A stretch of DNA of 64,000 nucleotides, taken from assembly GCA_965649765.1 (NCBI GenBank), contig OZ287752.1:26350001-26414000 (forward strand). The letters are read 5' to 3'. The DNA is from Bispira polyomma (taxonomy: Eukaryota). Below, one piece after another: positions 1 to 13,927 of the stretch. Every line of letters begins with the position of its first letter. Position 1 is the first letter of the stretch. Both the position numbers and the translations under genes were made by a program. A model generated the notes under the pieces. The model had not been told where the DNA came from. It made no database searches and saw only the letters and a program-made list of their open reading frames with translations.

Positions 1-262
1 ACTTAAAACTTAAGGTTAGGTGAAAAAGATTGGAATTTTGAATTAGGAGGTAACCTTAGTTTGAGTTAAGGTTGCCAAAGGGGATTTGTTACATGTATAT
101 AAAATGATTTGAGATGAAATAAGGTGGTAAGGTGACCCAAAAGATTTATCTTTAACATTAAAGTATATATGAATATTGTAAAAGTATGTAAATAAAGCCC
201 CAAAGCCCAGTTAGGAAGTAGTGGGTTTAGCAAGTAGGGTTTTGAAAGAGAGGGCCACCTGC

Positions 263-1089
263 TCAGAGGCATTGTGGTCCTGAACTATATACTTCCACAC
301 ACAATCCAATGGAAGAATGCTGAAGGCCCAGTCGGGTAAGTATTGAGGAAACATTTTTTCTAACTTGAGAATCTATCATTGGGAACCAATTCTGAGCTTT
401 TTTAAATTGAAACAAGGGGGAATTTTTGTGACCCGGAGTGATTGCTACAAGGAGCCTAGTGGCTGCCACTGGACACAAGGGTGAACCAGGCAAGTTTGGA
501 ATTTTCAACACTTTAACTACATTCTTAGACTGAAGGGTCTTCGACCACTTTATTATGATATGTAAGCCAGGGGGGCAATTAAAACGTCCCCCGGGCCAAG
601 TGAACTAAGGGAGAAAACTGGGCAGCCACATGAGGTCCCAGATTTGATATCCTTAAAAAAGAGAAAACTGCTATCAGATACACTGCTTTAAACACTAAGC
701 CCATGTACATGCTATCACAGGTCTGGATAATTTGTTGAAGAGGTATGTCTACTATGGCTTTAATTTTGGCCCTGAAAGGGCTGTTTAGAACCAGAGCTTT
801 TTGATAATATTTAATCCTGGGGTCTGCAAAGGCTCCAATATCAAGGCCATATAAGGCCATTTTTGCTTTGATTGCCAATAGGTAGAACTTCCAGAAAAGC
901 TAGAATTATTAAAGGGGATATAAGGTGTGGTCTGACCTGAGCAAAAGTGCAAAAGACCAAGAAAATCCGAAACATGTTTGTGTAAGCCCTGTCAGTGGCT
1001 GGTCTAGATGCTTGATGAGATCTGTGAGAGGCATGGAGGGCTATCTTTCTTAAGTTGGAGGGTACATCTGTAAATATTAAATAGACCAA
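263..1089 (-). pseudogene. DIRS tyrosine recombinase, fragmented
   Basis: Three consecutive ORF pieces with FLRISN (catalytic Arg box), a KWSKT-type segment near 530-550 and LCPVAA. Confidence 0.8.
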
Positions 1090-2409
1090 TCAATTTCTAA
1101 CATATTGGGCTGCACTTTGAGCCATTGAGGGTTAGGAAGCAGTTGTAATAATTTCTCTTTTCTATCTGTAGTGAGATGCCAGCGAGATAGCAGGTCAGCC
1201 ACAGTATTTAGTCTACCCAGAATATGGATGGTTTTAAGGCTGATATCAGCAGATGCTATCTCCATGAATATGTTCCTAGCAATAGCTGCTGAAGGAAGGT
1301 CTTTTGTCTTACCAGAGTTTAGAATTATGACCACCGCAGCATTATCACAGTGGAGTATAAGTCTTTTGCCTGCCCAGGTGGATTTCCACATTCTAACAGC
1401 CACTAAAATGTTTGTGGAATTCTGGTGTAAGTTGGATTTTTTGACTAGCTCCTACTGACCTCAGAACGTCCAACATACGGTTTAGGAAAACTCTTGCTAC
1501 TCGTACACATTTTGAGATGTAGAGCAACTTATCCAAAAGGGACTGTGGTTCTTGTTTAGTACATGCATTTTTATTTTGCCACTCCTGGATTAGGGCATTA
1601 ATTTTATGTAATTTCTCGTCAGGGAGAGAGACTGTCAAATCTACAGTATTTACTAGTACTCCTAGGCAGACCACTGCAGTACTAGGATAGACAAGCTTTT
1701 TGTGACTGAGAGCAAAACCTAGTTCTTGTGAGAGATTGTACAGAAGGTCAAAGAAACATTTACTCTCAGTGACGTCACCATAACCGATTACGTCGTCGAT
1801 ATAGTTGGTGACATCACAGCTGTGATTTTTCATGATGTAGCTAACTGCGTCACTCAAACGTGGTAGCCATGAATGTTCAAAATACTTTTCTAGTTTTAAA
1901 CCTAATAGGTTGTAGTCAGCGGGGTCCATTTTTACGTGACGGAACACCCGACTGATGTCAATATTATACAATAGAGTACCTTTTCCTAGATGCGCAATTT
2001 TGCTAGTAATGGTATCAATAATTGGGAGAGTAAGAGCGAATGAGGTATCCAGATAAGTATCCTTAGCTACAGCTGAGTTTATCGACTCTCCATGTGGAAA
2101 ACTTAAATCTGTGATGACTCGACGATGAGCCTCACCCGGTTTTTTTCTGGTCATGAAGGGTGAAATATGGAGGTCTTTAATGGGAATATTGTCAAAGGGA
2201 CCCAACATGGCACCGAATTTGGTCTCCTCGGTCAAGTACGCCTTGACGTCATCCGGATACTGAGTTGCTGATTGGTGGGTTTTTTCTTTCTGAGAAAGCT
2301 TACTATCTTTTTGGAAGTCAAGAGGAAAACCATATCCTATTAGAAAAGGGAGCTGTTTGTCCCAATAGTCCACTTGATCTCTATTTGTGAGCCCATAAAG
2401 TTGGGACAA
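1077..2409 (-). pseudogene. DIRS reverse transcriptase-RNase H, frameshifted and partly deleted
   Basis: YIDD core, CLGV, LQSLL-like motif, then the CDN and ADLLSR RNase H motifs in another frame. Confidence 0.88.
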
Positions 2410-4861
2410 TTTTGGTCTTTAATAACACTGTGCAATTTAAGAAGTGTGTCATTTGATTGAATTTGTTTGTCCATTTAGGAAGTCGGACATTACCAAGTGG
2501 TATGAAGCCATACTTGTCCACGTTTTGGTCATTCCAATGCCGGAACCGAGGTTCGTCACTTGCTTGTTTGATTAAATCCCGAGTTTGGGTTTGGCTTGCA
2601 ATTCTAAGTCATATTTGTCTAGATTGTGTAGCTTTCTACTTTGCCCACTTTTTATACTTGCTTGAAGTTGCGTGCCATGTACACAAATACCCTGAACAGT
2701 ATTGGGGAGGTCACTAATACCACTGACCAGGCTACAGTCAGAAGAACTATTGTCCTGTAAAAGTGTGAATTTGTTACTTGTGGGTAGTACCCATTCCCAG
2801 GCCCCTTTTGTGTAAGGGTGTTTTTGCATTTTACAAGGTTGACATTTGAATTGTCTGTGTGTTAATTCCTGGCGAATGATATTAATAAGGTTGATGGCTT
2901 TAGGGGGGGGGGGGGGGATTTCCCCGAAAGCTACTGTTTACTGCACCTGAAACTTTATGCATGGCTACATTTGTTAGTCTTTCTGAGACATGATTACTTC
3001 TGTACAATTGGTTTACTTTCTTGTTCGTAACACATTTTCAACTGACACCAGTATTTATAACATTACATTTTTTTACAATATCAGCATAGGACTTATTTTG
3101 ATACCTGGCCCACTCAGTTTTCCAGCAAGTACTACCATACTGTTTATCACTATTATATACAGTTCTACTGCGAAATTTAGGAATACTACTAAGATGTCTT
3201 TTAATTGCATTTTGCGCTGCAACTTTAGAAGATAGCTGAGCAGGCACTACCGTGCCCTACTCGTTTTTTACTGCATGGAATTGACTTCTTATGATTTTTC
3301 TTGGGGTTGCTGTTGCTAGTTTGATTTTGATTGATAACCCTTTGAGCATGCGCCCTTCTTATACGGTCTAATTTATGAGAATCTCCCCAGGATACTTTCC
3401 CTTCTTCCATCTTACATAAAAGCACAGCGTGTGCACCCTCAGCAGATGCTCAAGAAAAATCATGAGAGACTTCCATAAGATCAGCTAAATATTCCAACAT
3501 GTGGTTTTTGGTATCAATATCAGTTTCTTCTCTAGCAATGCTGGCGAAGCCAGCCACCCATTGAGACATAGACAGGGAGTCATATGAGACCCTAGATTTA
3601 TTTTGTCCCCCAAGAATATAACTTTGTGGCCAGGATATTTTGTTTTTAACCCACACTGTCTCCGTGCCTCCTCATTGAGATTTGCACATACCTGACTCAT
3701 TGATCTGGACGAGCTTTTTCAAATGTGAATCAACGGCAGTCTGCAGGGATTGGGATGATCACAGGGTCTGCAGGGTTGGCACCAACAACTCCTCCAGCTG
3801 GGCAGCCTGTGACTTCTGAACAGGAATCTCCAGACTCGGAGTTGGCAAATGAATCATAGTGGTTTTGTTTTAAGAAAATGAATGTTGATCAAATTTACAG
3901 AATAATTGTAATAGCTCTCAAGGAATAGTTTGTTAACATAAAGGGGGCCTTGGTGGTGTAATGGTAAAACTTGTCTACCACCTTTGCAGTTGTAGGGTAA
4001 AATCTCGAACTGAGCATGTATTTTGGTAAAATAGCATGTTAAAAAAAATTATTTGGGAAACAATGCTGGTTAATGGGCTTTTGAGCTCCTTTTTGACCCT
4101 CCGGGCACATTCTGCAGAGTATACCGCAACTTTTAAAAATAATTCTGATTTTGGCAGTCCTGTTATTATTAAGATGAGTTCAAGTTCACTTCAACTCGGT
4201 ACTCTGACACAACTTTTGTTATTGCTCCAACTTCAGGAAAGCTCTTTTTGTTCAAAAACTGTTTTATAGTTCAACCTAATTTTCACAGATTTAGCACTTG
4301 TAGAAGATTGTCTAAATACATTTTGAGTTCACATTGTTTCAGGCAAATAAACGTGCTTTTGTTTTTTAAATTCGTTATTTACGTTATATAGACATTTTGA
4401 CATGAATATGAGTTGAGTACTTCTTCACAGATATAGGAACTTTCAACAAAATAGAAGATTTTTGGACAATTGAGGTAATATCTTAATATTAACAACAGTT
4501 TTGACAATATTATTACGGTCCGGTAGTTGGTACAATCTATTCTAGAAAGTTAAAACCATTTGTGAGTTCTCTTGCTAGATTATGTAACAACTCGTTGACA
4601 ACATTACTATGATGTTTGCCACCAGTTGATTCATCTAAATACAGGAGTGAAAATGAACATCAAGAACATTTCAATGGATGTGGCGAGTTAACTTTTTCTT
4701 TTTTTTTCTGTTTGTGACTACATTAGAATTTCACAAAATAATTTTCCCATACATGCACTTTTGGCACATTTTAATTTTAGTTCACCACATAACTTATAAA
4801 CACAGAGTGTGTAACTATAAATTTTTGCAGAGATAGTGGATACAGATGATGACCATAAGTG

Positions 4862-5374
4862 CAAGGGTACGCGTATTGAACGAGTATATTGTTTAGTGAA
4901 GCGGTTCGCAATTGTCGCTATAAATATAATTTAGGAAAGAAACTACACTTATTTCCTGGTTTGATCAGTTATTTTTTCGCCAGAAATAAATATACTGTCT
5001 CACCTACATTTAATTTCCTTCTAATATATCATTGTTTATATATTCTATTATCAAATCACCTTTTCTATTATGCATGTTTAGAAGGAATATTTGTTAAAAT
5101 AACACTTTAAAACGAAACATCTTTCAAATCATTAAGCAGGGGATAAAAACATGTTTACTTTTTGGTGGGTAATTCTATTAAACACCCAAATGATTACGTA
5201 AGAATAATTTTCATTGATTATTAAGTGTTTATGTTCTGTATAACTTCAGCCAGATCTTTTTCCACTTTGACAAGTAATATACACTCACAAGTTTCATACC
5301 TTGGTATTATTTATTGCGACAATTGTGATCGCTTCACTAAACAATGTACTCAATACACATAACGTAGCCCCTTG
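4862..5374. mobile_element. MITE / non-autonomous DNA transposon with ~65-bp imperfect TIRs
   Basis: Left CAAGGGTACG...ATTGTTTAGTGAAGCG...CAATTGTCGC is mirrored by right GCGACAATTG...CGCTTCACTAAACAAT...CCCTTG. AT-rich interior; no TSD seen. Confidence 0.75.
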
Positions 5375-5759
5375 TGATAATCACAAACATATATACTGAG
5401 AAATAGGTATGTTTAATAATAATGAGCCACTTTTAATGTATGCTCAGTAATAATATCTGTAGTATGAAAATCATTGACCGTCTTATCTACCGCTTATCAG
5501 TTGTGTTGCTCATGTTTAAGAGCTTACATTGTTACCTATAATGATATGTTACTGGCACGATCATTTATTTAGAGACATCAATGTAACAAAAGACATTCTA
5601 TGATACCAACAAGTCATTGCGTTTAAAAATAATAGTATTTCTAAATAGTATTGGTTGGAAAAATATCACTTGTTAAATAGTCTAAAAACACTTAGCCTAC
5701 GCTTCCTTTCAGCACATTCCGTTGTGCTTCCTTTCATCTGAAAAATACTCAAAATTCGG

Positions 5760-6436
5760 ATATTAACTTTAAAATGGCAGGAGAAAGCCAAATTATTTTT
5801 GTAAGTTGTGACATCATTATTGTTGAAATACGAGCCTTAGTTGTAACCCTAATCCGGCACGTCCGGTTGTTGATATACGCAAACGCACGTGAATAAAAGA
5901 TTATTGTTTCTAGCTAAATTATTTGTTTCATTCTATAACATGATGGCAGCGGCGGGATAAAACAACCATGGAAGACCTACCTAAACTCATACGGAAACAG
6001 TCTGCATTGAGGGATAAGTTTAAGCTTTTTAAACAGAGACTAGAGCTATAAAACTAAATAAAATCACAGTAGACAAAGACAAATGCTATTACCTGATAAC
6101 AGCTCTAGATGATGATGCACTGGACGTATTTAATTCATGGGCCATACAGGGTGAGTCAGCAGAAAGTTACAAGGATGTAGTAAAAAAATTTGAGGAGACG
6201 CTTAGGCAAACCACTGTTAATTTTGGAGTGGCTCGATTGCAGTTACACTTAATGCATCCTAAACCGGGAAGAAAATCTACATAGTTTTGTAACCTGATGC
6301 AGAACCCAGGCATTGAAATGTGAGTTTCAAGACACCGAACTTGAAGGCCGAATTATTGAGCAAATAATCGCTAGCATGCCCATCTAAAAATTCCAGTGAG
6401 AACATTTAGGTAAGGATAATACTCTCACACTAGAGC
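5760..6436 (+). mobile_element. Gypsy-like LTR retrotransposon relic: LTR 3' end, tRNA-Leu-type PBS, degenerate gag
   Basis: AATAAA at ~5892; LTR-like end ...TATAACA at 5940; PBS TGATGGCAGCGGCGGGAT at 5941-5958; ATG at 5968 gives MEDLPKL...FKLFKQRLEL, later RTQALKCEF. Truncated by a SINE. LTR start is approximate. Confidence 0.75.
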
Positions 6437-6594
6437 AGGGGCCTAGTGGTTAGTAAGCATTGCGCCTAACAATCACTGGTATCTCACCTCTGGGCGGCGT
6501 GAATTCGAATCCCGTCAATACCTATGTGGGAAAGGTGGTAGTTCCTTACTGTGGGCCGCTGGTTTCAGTGCAGAGCCTTGACCAACTGTATGCA
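6437..6594 (+). mobile_element. tRNA-derived SINE family 1, partial copy
   Basis: GGCCTAGTGGTTAG (A box), GTGAATTCGAATCCC (B box), TGTGGGAAAGGTGG core; 3' part missing. Confidence 0.85.
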
Positions 6595-6929
6595 AAAACT
6601 GCGGTGGTGATCATGCACGATCAAGGGATGCCTGCCCAGCTGGAAATTCAAAATTCCAGGTAAAATCTTCAAAGGCATTATGCCAAAACAATTAAAGTTA
6701 AATATGATAAATGTTGTGCATCTTCATAATGCACTGTAATTTTGGATGGGACTCTCTGAACCCCTTCAAAATATTGAAATTTAGTTAATATCAAGACCCT
6801 GTGCTGCCTAAGCAGGTCAGCTGACCCATATAATATAATTACCAGTTTTGAAAAGTAACACTTTATGTAAAACTAAGCAATAATATACAAAATGATGCAA
6901 TATACTTCAAGAAGCTAAACTAGCTTCCC

Positions 6930-7340
6930 ATTCACTATAGAATTTTAAAGTTTTACAGTTAAAGCTGTAGTCTATCAACAGCCGTCCTACCTTGATTCCT
7001 TTTTCTCTTTCAGTAACCTCAAGAGAGGTAATAGACTTCCTGTTTCTTCTGTTAAATCAACTGGAAGGCTGGGTCCAGAGCTTTCTCTATTGCAGTCCCC
7101 TTGTTATGGAATAGTCTCCCAACTGACCTCCGACCAATGCAAACATTTTAGGTTTTAGGAAAAAACTTACAACCAATCTTATTTCAGCCTTTCTTACCCA
7201 CCTTAGTTCGTAGTTGCTTACCCGTTCATGTGTCCATTGTGGTTGTCAGCTTGTTCCTTTAGGATGGGTGATGCCATCCTTTTTGCTTCAGTAATCACCT
7301 TGTATCAATACTTTTCCATGTTGGAAGCCGTGTCTGTCTT
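6930..7340 (+). mobile_element. Old L2-type LINE 3' fragment
   Basis: Translates RAFSIAVPLLWNSLPTDLR near 7078-7135, the typical C-terminus of L2 ORF2. Confidence 0.55.
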
Positions 7341-8714
7341 TTGAGTCAAGAAATTTAGTAACTGTTTCAAAACATAAACACTGATTTACGTTTGTGTTAG
7401 TGTCATAGTTAGCTTTTCAACTCTCTTTTGAATAGTAATTCGAACAAATCATTTCTAATTTGAACAAATCTGAATATGAAAACCTAGTTTTCTTGTATTT
7501 TAGATGGTGTTGTTTTTTGTTGTTTTTTTTTTTTTTTTGTTTTTTTTCATTTGCTTTTATTTATCCCCCTCAACAATTATTGTGAAAATTTAAAAAAAAA
7601 TATTTGTGCACCTAATGATCCCTACTGAATTTCTGTATCACTATCCTGATTCTATGCAGTGTGAATGTCCGAGTACATTTATAAGAACCAAGGAATCTGT
7701 ATATTCGCATTTGGTACAATGTGAATAGACCATAAAAGTCTTTAAATTGATTCTGATTCCTAACCACGTTTATGAAGTTGGCAAAATGGGCATTCAGGAT
7801 TGCTATTATTGGTGTTAGGTAAATGGCTGACTGTGGTACTACTTAGGTGATTGCTTCGTCATCCTATATATGGATTGCGTAAGGAATTGCATTCAGGACA
7901 AGATTCAGGGATAATTTTTAGGTGGGTTTTGTCACAAGTAGAAGACCTGACTGAAAATCAGCTAGATGAAGAAGACTTTATAAATGAAGAGAATATTAAG
8001 TGTTTGGTTTATATGTGAGATTGTGGTTTCTCCAGTTTTAGTTGTTTCAGTTATAATGATTACAAGCTATAAAAGTATAATGTATCTTCGATTTTTTTCC
8101 AAATATTTATCATTGTGTACATGTATATTTATACCCTTTGGTAGGATAAATAAAATAAATACAAAATTATGTGTGCTGTGTGTAGTTGCATTTTCATGGT
8201 TCTTGTTTGACGAGATGTATATTGTTTAAGGGGGTAAATAAAAAATGACTATGACCTATACAAAAGAAAATTAGTTGAAATTAAAATTGGTAGGGGAGTG
8301 GGAAATGGGCAGGTGGAATAGTTATATCTTGTGGTCGCTCATATAAGTAGGTGCGTATTAAATGGGTATGTTGAATAGTCATATGTAAATTCAGACGGTG
8401 ATAATGTTAATATTTCTTACTTCTCGTGCCACAATGGATGAATAGGTATCCTCTGCAGTGTACATCCCTAGTCAATATGCAAACAAATAGTCCGATAGAA
8501 GGAAAGGTTTGTGATCAGAGGTGAATCATTATAATTCTTGTCTCAGTACGAAGACTGGCAGGTAGTGCAACTATAAAGGATATTAAACCTGCTAGTTTTT
8601 TGGTAACACGTCAGACTTGGTTATGTGTAAAACTTGTATTTTAATTTTTTTCTTTAGTTTTTCTATAAAATCCAAAATTGAATGTCTTTGTGTGCACATT
8701 CATTTGTAGCACTG

Positions 8715-8968
8715 GGGGCTGCGGTGGCCTAGTGGTTAGCAAGCATTGCACTTCACAATCACTGGTCTCTCACCTCTGGGCGGCGTGAGTTTGAATCCCG
8801 TCGATGCCTATGTGGGAAAGGTGGTAGTTCCATACTGTAGGCCGCTGGTTTAACTGCAGAACCTTGATCAACTGTATGCAGTGTTTTCTCCAGCGTTTTC
8901 TAACTACCCGTCCCAATATAACCTACTACAAGGTACTAGAGTGGACGTTAAATATCCAAATTTAAATT
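8715..8968 (+). mobile_element. tRNA-derived SINE family 1, full length
   Basis: A and B boxes, 3' end GTGGACGTTAAATATCCAAAT; TSD TTTGTAGCACTG at 8703-8714 and 8971-8982. Confidence 0.93.
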
Positions 8969-9149
8969 CCTTTGTAGCACTGTAATTTACTTGATGTTGA
9001 AAAAGCAGGGCATCACCTTAACTGTAGTTGCTATGGAAACATAATTATAACTGAAAAATGAAATTATTGTCAAATTTTGTATTCTGTTACAGCTTTTAGA
9101 TCAACCAACAGCAGTTTCTGGCAAAAACATATTTATTGAATTGTATTTA

Positions 9150-9430
9150 TATATTTATACTCGTATATCTATCTTCATGTGGTACACAGAGCGCTAATTA
9201 ACCCTCTTTCGTAATTTTAATCTTCATTCCCCTAACTGAAGAGAGAGTCTCGAGGATGACTATTTATCAATGTCCCCAAGAATGTTCAGCCTGCTACTGG
9301 GTATAGGACCCATTGACAAAGAACCACTGTTTTAAGTGGTCTTCTGAGCCACAAGGCTATCACCAGTACACATCATGCTCAAGGATTTTATCCCACCCAT
9401 GAACCTGGCGGCCGGTACCAGGAGTCAAAC
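9150..9430 (-). mobile_element. Degenerate SINE, family 3-like
   Basis: Reverse complement shares AGGGTTAATTAGC...ACCA-ATGAAG-TAGATATA-GAGTATAAAT with 40033-40135 and 41455-41770. Confidence 0.5.
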
Positions 9431-10187
9431 AACATGTAAATGAGCAGTGACAAATATATAATAAAATATTCACTTGTCTGATGACTGACAATTCGAATTC
9501 ATGGGGTGTGGGAATTTTTATTAAAAGCTATTTACATTTAAATTTGACAAAATAACGACTAAAATATAAATAGTATCATCAAAAGTATAATGCACCTCTT
9601 ATGAGTCAAAATGTGAGATTAATACTCAAATACTACATAAACTATATTTTACAAGTGTATGGATAACATAATCTGACTCAATAATCTAAATCACAAATAT
9701 TATACTTAACTCTTCCTCCAGAGACACGTCATGTTTTTACAGAAATTAAAACTGGTGAGATAAAAGACTAGAATGGAAAGGGGCTTGGAAAAGCACCACA
9801 AAATTAAAAAAAGCAAACCTGGTCAGGAAGAAAGGAAATTACACCCCACTGATGGGGCCAGAGCAAAGCTGCGATAAGCCAACCTGGAGCCTGTAAAAGC
9901 TCTCGTTACACTAACTAACTAGTAGGTATTGGTTAAGCCTTAGTTGGGAAAGTGATGGGTAAATGGAAACCCTCATCAGTTGTATCTTAGTTCATTTTCT
10001 TCGTAAAGCCCTAAAACATGAACGACAACTGATACCCTGTCATTGGATATCAGTTAGACCAAACATTCACCAATAAATCATTGAAAACAATGGTAAAACT
10101 CCTAATCATGCAACACATATGGTCATCTATGTCCAATATACCATATAAAAATCAATAGAAGTAATATTGGTTTGCCTCTTCATTTAC

Positions 10188-12273
10188 ATGACTTGGGTGA
10201 TGTACTAGATAAGCATGGTCCACTTGTAACTAGAATGTCAAAGAAAGATTCATTGCATTGGCTCTCTGATTCATACCGACGGGCAAAATCTTTTAGGCGC
10301 CAATATGAAAGAACTTAGCGAAGGGTCAAGAATCCATTAAATAGAAGTCGACTTCGTTGCCAAATTGCTCGGTGCAATGTACTTGCTAATGAGGATAAGT
10401 TGGAGTACTATAGCAAACTTATCTCTGACAACAGTCGCTATGGTACGAACTGCGCAAGACCCTTAATATGGATACCAATGTGGCACTCCCGTCCCATGAT
10501 TCTGATAAATCACTAGCTGATAAGTTTGCTTCCTTTTTTTCGGACAAAATTAAGATAATTAGAGATACTTTTGTTGTTTCTGGAACTAAAATTGATGTTC
10601 ATCCTCTTTCTGATCCCCCAGAAATTACTGCCTTTACCAGAGTCTCTGAAGACGATGTTAGTAAAATAATAAGTAACTCGCCTACAAAATCCTGCATGTT
10701 GGCTCCATGGCCAACATCTCTCATTAAAGAATGTAGTGATATATTACTCCCATCCATTACAAAGCTTGTCAACTGCTCACTTACTGAGGGACATGTACCT
10801 GATGGTTTTAAAACAGCTGTGGTTACTCCTCTTATTAAGAAGGCTTCTCTTCCAGTTGATGACCTAAAGAATTATCGCCCTGTATCTGGTCTTAGTTTCA
10901 TATCAAAACGGGTTGAACATGTGGTTGCTAGGCAACTGTTAGATCACATCTTTGTCCACGACTAAGACAACTCATACCAGTCTGCGTATAAAACAGGTCA
11001 TTCGACTGAGACACCTCTTCTGTCTTAAAAAAATGAAGTTCACTTATCTTTGTCAAGAGGGGAACCTACTGCCCTGGTATTGCTCGACCTCTCTGCTGCC
11101 TTTGACACCATTGATCATTCCACGCTTCTCAGTTGTCTTCGGACTTGGCTTGGAGTTAGGGGCTCTGTTCTTAAATGGTTCACTTCCTACTTAAAAACTG
11201 ATCATTATCAGTCTATAAAAATTGGCTCAACTTTGTCCGATCTTTGTAAACTCTTGTTTGGTGTTCCTCAAGGTTCTGTTTTGGGCCCTCTGTTGTTCTC
11301 ATTATACACTGCCCCTCTGAGATTGGTTATTGGCAAATACACAGGGATTAAGTTTCATTTTTATGCAGATGATACCCAAATTTATGTGCACCTATCCCAT
11401 AAGAACACATCTACTGCGTTTGAACAGTTGAACAAGTGCCTTGATGACATGAAAGAGTGGATGTCAACTGGTAAACTCAAGCTTAATCCCGACAAGACTG
11501 AGTTCATAATCTTTGGCTCAAAACAACAGAGGGATAAGTTGAAAGCATTGTTTCCAGTTGACATCCTGGGTAGCCCTTTCAATCCTGCTGATTCTGTTAA
11601 GAACCTGGGTGTATGGTTTGACTTTGACTTTTCTTTCTCTAAACACATTCAGATTGTCTGTAAAAGCTGTTTTGTGCAAGTCCGGGACTTTAGACGTGTC
11701 AGACGGTTTCTGACTTATGATGCTTCTATATTTGTGGCCAATGCTTTTGTCAGTAGTAGACTGGATTACTGCAATTCGCTTTTCAGATGTCTCTCAAAAT
11801 TTAATTTACGTAAATTACAAGACAGCTACACTTGTTTAAAAAGTTTCTCCACACTGGGTTTCCAAAGTATTTTGCCCCATATCTTTCCACTTACAGTAGT
11901 TCCTATAATACCAGACGTAATCAGAGTGGTAGTAATTTCCTGGTTGTTCCGAAGTTCCACCCATCTACTCAAAAGTCGGTTAAACAGTTTGGTCACAGCT
12001 TTGCTTTTGATGCTCCCATCATTTGGAATGCTCTTCCTGATGTGATTCGTGCTTCCCCCTCACTAGCCTGTTTTAGAAAGCAGCTTAAAACCCACTTGTA
12101 CACTAAAGCATATCCACCTTAGTCTCGATCATCCCCCGGCGCGCTCTATGGTGCTGACCCTTTTCTGTCCCTTGATTTCGGAAATTGGATAACTGTCTTT
12201 TGTGCTGGTGCGCCTTAGAGTTCCCTTTGTTAAGGGGAGATTAAGCGCAATAAAAGTCTAGTTACAATTACAA
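10188..12273 (+). mobile_element. 5'-truncated L2 (CR1/L2 group) LINE
   Basis: RT motifs NYRPVS, LLDLSAAFDTIDH, GVPQGSVLGPLLF, YADD, SRLDYCNS; frameshifts; (TTACAA)n tail; candidate TSD TTCATTTAC at 10179-10187 and 12274-12282. Confidence 0.95.
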
Positions 12274-12458
12274 TTCATTTACCAATGTACTCGTACATGT
12301 TTGTCACGATATCTGTCGTATGATTTGTTAGGAGATGTACAGGAGTACATTGTGTTTCCCGTATATTTTAAAGTTCTGGATGTATAAAACACTCAACTTC
12401 TTGTTACACTTAATGGTTCAATGACTCTGTGTAAGACATATAAACGCTTGGTGAATGT

Positions 12459-13246
12459 TTGACCGAGTTCTCTGTCGCCGAAACAGCTTTTTTTTACTTA
12501 TATGCGGCCATTGGCAACAGAGTTGTTTACTATAGCAAATCTTTGTAAATGTGTAATGGCATATTTAGGCATACACTTCATTTGTTTTAAATACATGAAA
12601 ATTTTAGTATAATAAAGGTTAACCATTTTTATTTAGAAAACTTCACAAGGTATATTTATATTAGTTAATTTGTCTATTTCCGGTATTTTGTCCGCCATTA
12701 TAATTTTGTATAATCCATCACGTCACCATCATTTAATGTCAAGGACGTATGCAATCTCCATTCCTTCGCTAACGTACACTGAATTATTCTGATTTCTAAT
12801 CAAAGTTGGCAGTAATAATTGAAAATATATTATTGGGGATTGTTTGTATTAAATAAATATTTACGGATCTTATTCTGTTAAATTATTTTAATCGAGAAAA
12901 CCCCCAGGAAATCCCACAGGAAGAGATGGTATGCGCATGCGCCAACAGGTTCTCGCTAGCAAACATGGAGGATAAATTTACAGAAACCTTTTACATATCT
13001 TGTATAAATTTAAATATTGATGATCGGCATGCAATAAAGGTTGTTATACAAAAATAGAACCATTTATCTTCAATTACATATTTTTTACTAGCCGTTTGTT
13101 TTGTTTTTTTTTATTATAGTGTGTTATTTCTTACGTTTTTGGTGTCGTTACACATTTACAACGATTTGCTATAGTAAGGAACTCTCGCCCTCGTCGAGCG
13201 TACATCAGTAAATCAAAGCATCGTCGAGGACAGAAAACTCGGTCTA
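12459..13246. mobile_element. Non-autonomous DNA transposon, Mutator-like by its 9-bp TSD
   Basis: TIRs GACCGAGTTCTCTGTC / GACAGAAAACTCGGTC, with inner arms TACTATAGCAAAT / ATTTGCTATAGTA. Flanks GGTGAATGT (12450-12458) and GGTGTATGT (13247-13255). Confidence 0.75.
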
Positions 13247-13927
13247 GGTGTATGTTAAAAGTGGCACAATTTCTATATATTGTAAGCACACACTACGATG
13301 TCATATAACCACATTAGTTAGACCTGCGTTTGGGCTGATCTGGCGAATTCCTTAACCAATGCTTTTCATTTACCCACAGAGTTTAGTTAGTGTCTCGTAG
13401 TTTGACTGTTACAGGTTCGTTAGTTCGCATTTTAATGAAGGTTTTAATTTACAGGGTCCTGCCAGGGAAGGAAGGTATATGACATCACATCAATAGGGCC
13501 ATAGCAGTGTATAGCAGTAGTGTATAGGGGGCATTTGTTCCACCATACTTTTGTACAGGGAAAATGCCAATGAGGAGATGCTGCTCCCGAAAAGGGGATG
13601 ACGTCACAATGACGTCACTTCCTGTATGCAAATGAAGTGATGACATCAAAATGACACAATTGTAAAGATTTCATAAGCACATCATTGTTTCAGTGCAAAA
13701 ATAATTTCAAAACAATAAAGAAGTAACCATTAGTATTATTAACACAGTTATTTGAATAGTGTAACAATGTAAAAACCTGCATCATGGCAGTTGTAATACA
13801 TTTACACTGGAACAATTATAATGTTTAAGAGCTTCCAAAGTATAGAACTATTGCGAATAACATACTGAACATTTTACAGTTTGGTGTAGTTATGGAAGTT
13901 TATTCGACACTAAAATGCATTGTATGT

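Larger units (their letters stand above)
1..3870 (-). mobile_element. Degenerate DIRS-type (tyrosine recombinase) retrotransposon
   Basis: Minus-strand fragments in DIRS order: gag-like (3225-3700, QWVAGF...LADLME...VLLCKMEEG), RT (1393-2409, SPFMTRKK, RRVITDLS, YIDD), RNase H (1077-1403, HCDN...NTVADLLSR), tyrosine recombinase (263-1089, FSFLRISN, LCPVAA). Several frameshifts and stops; ends not defined. Confidence 0.9.
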
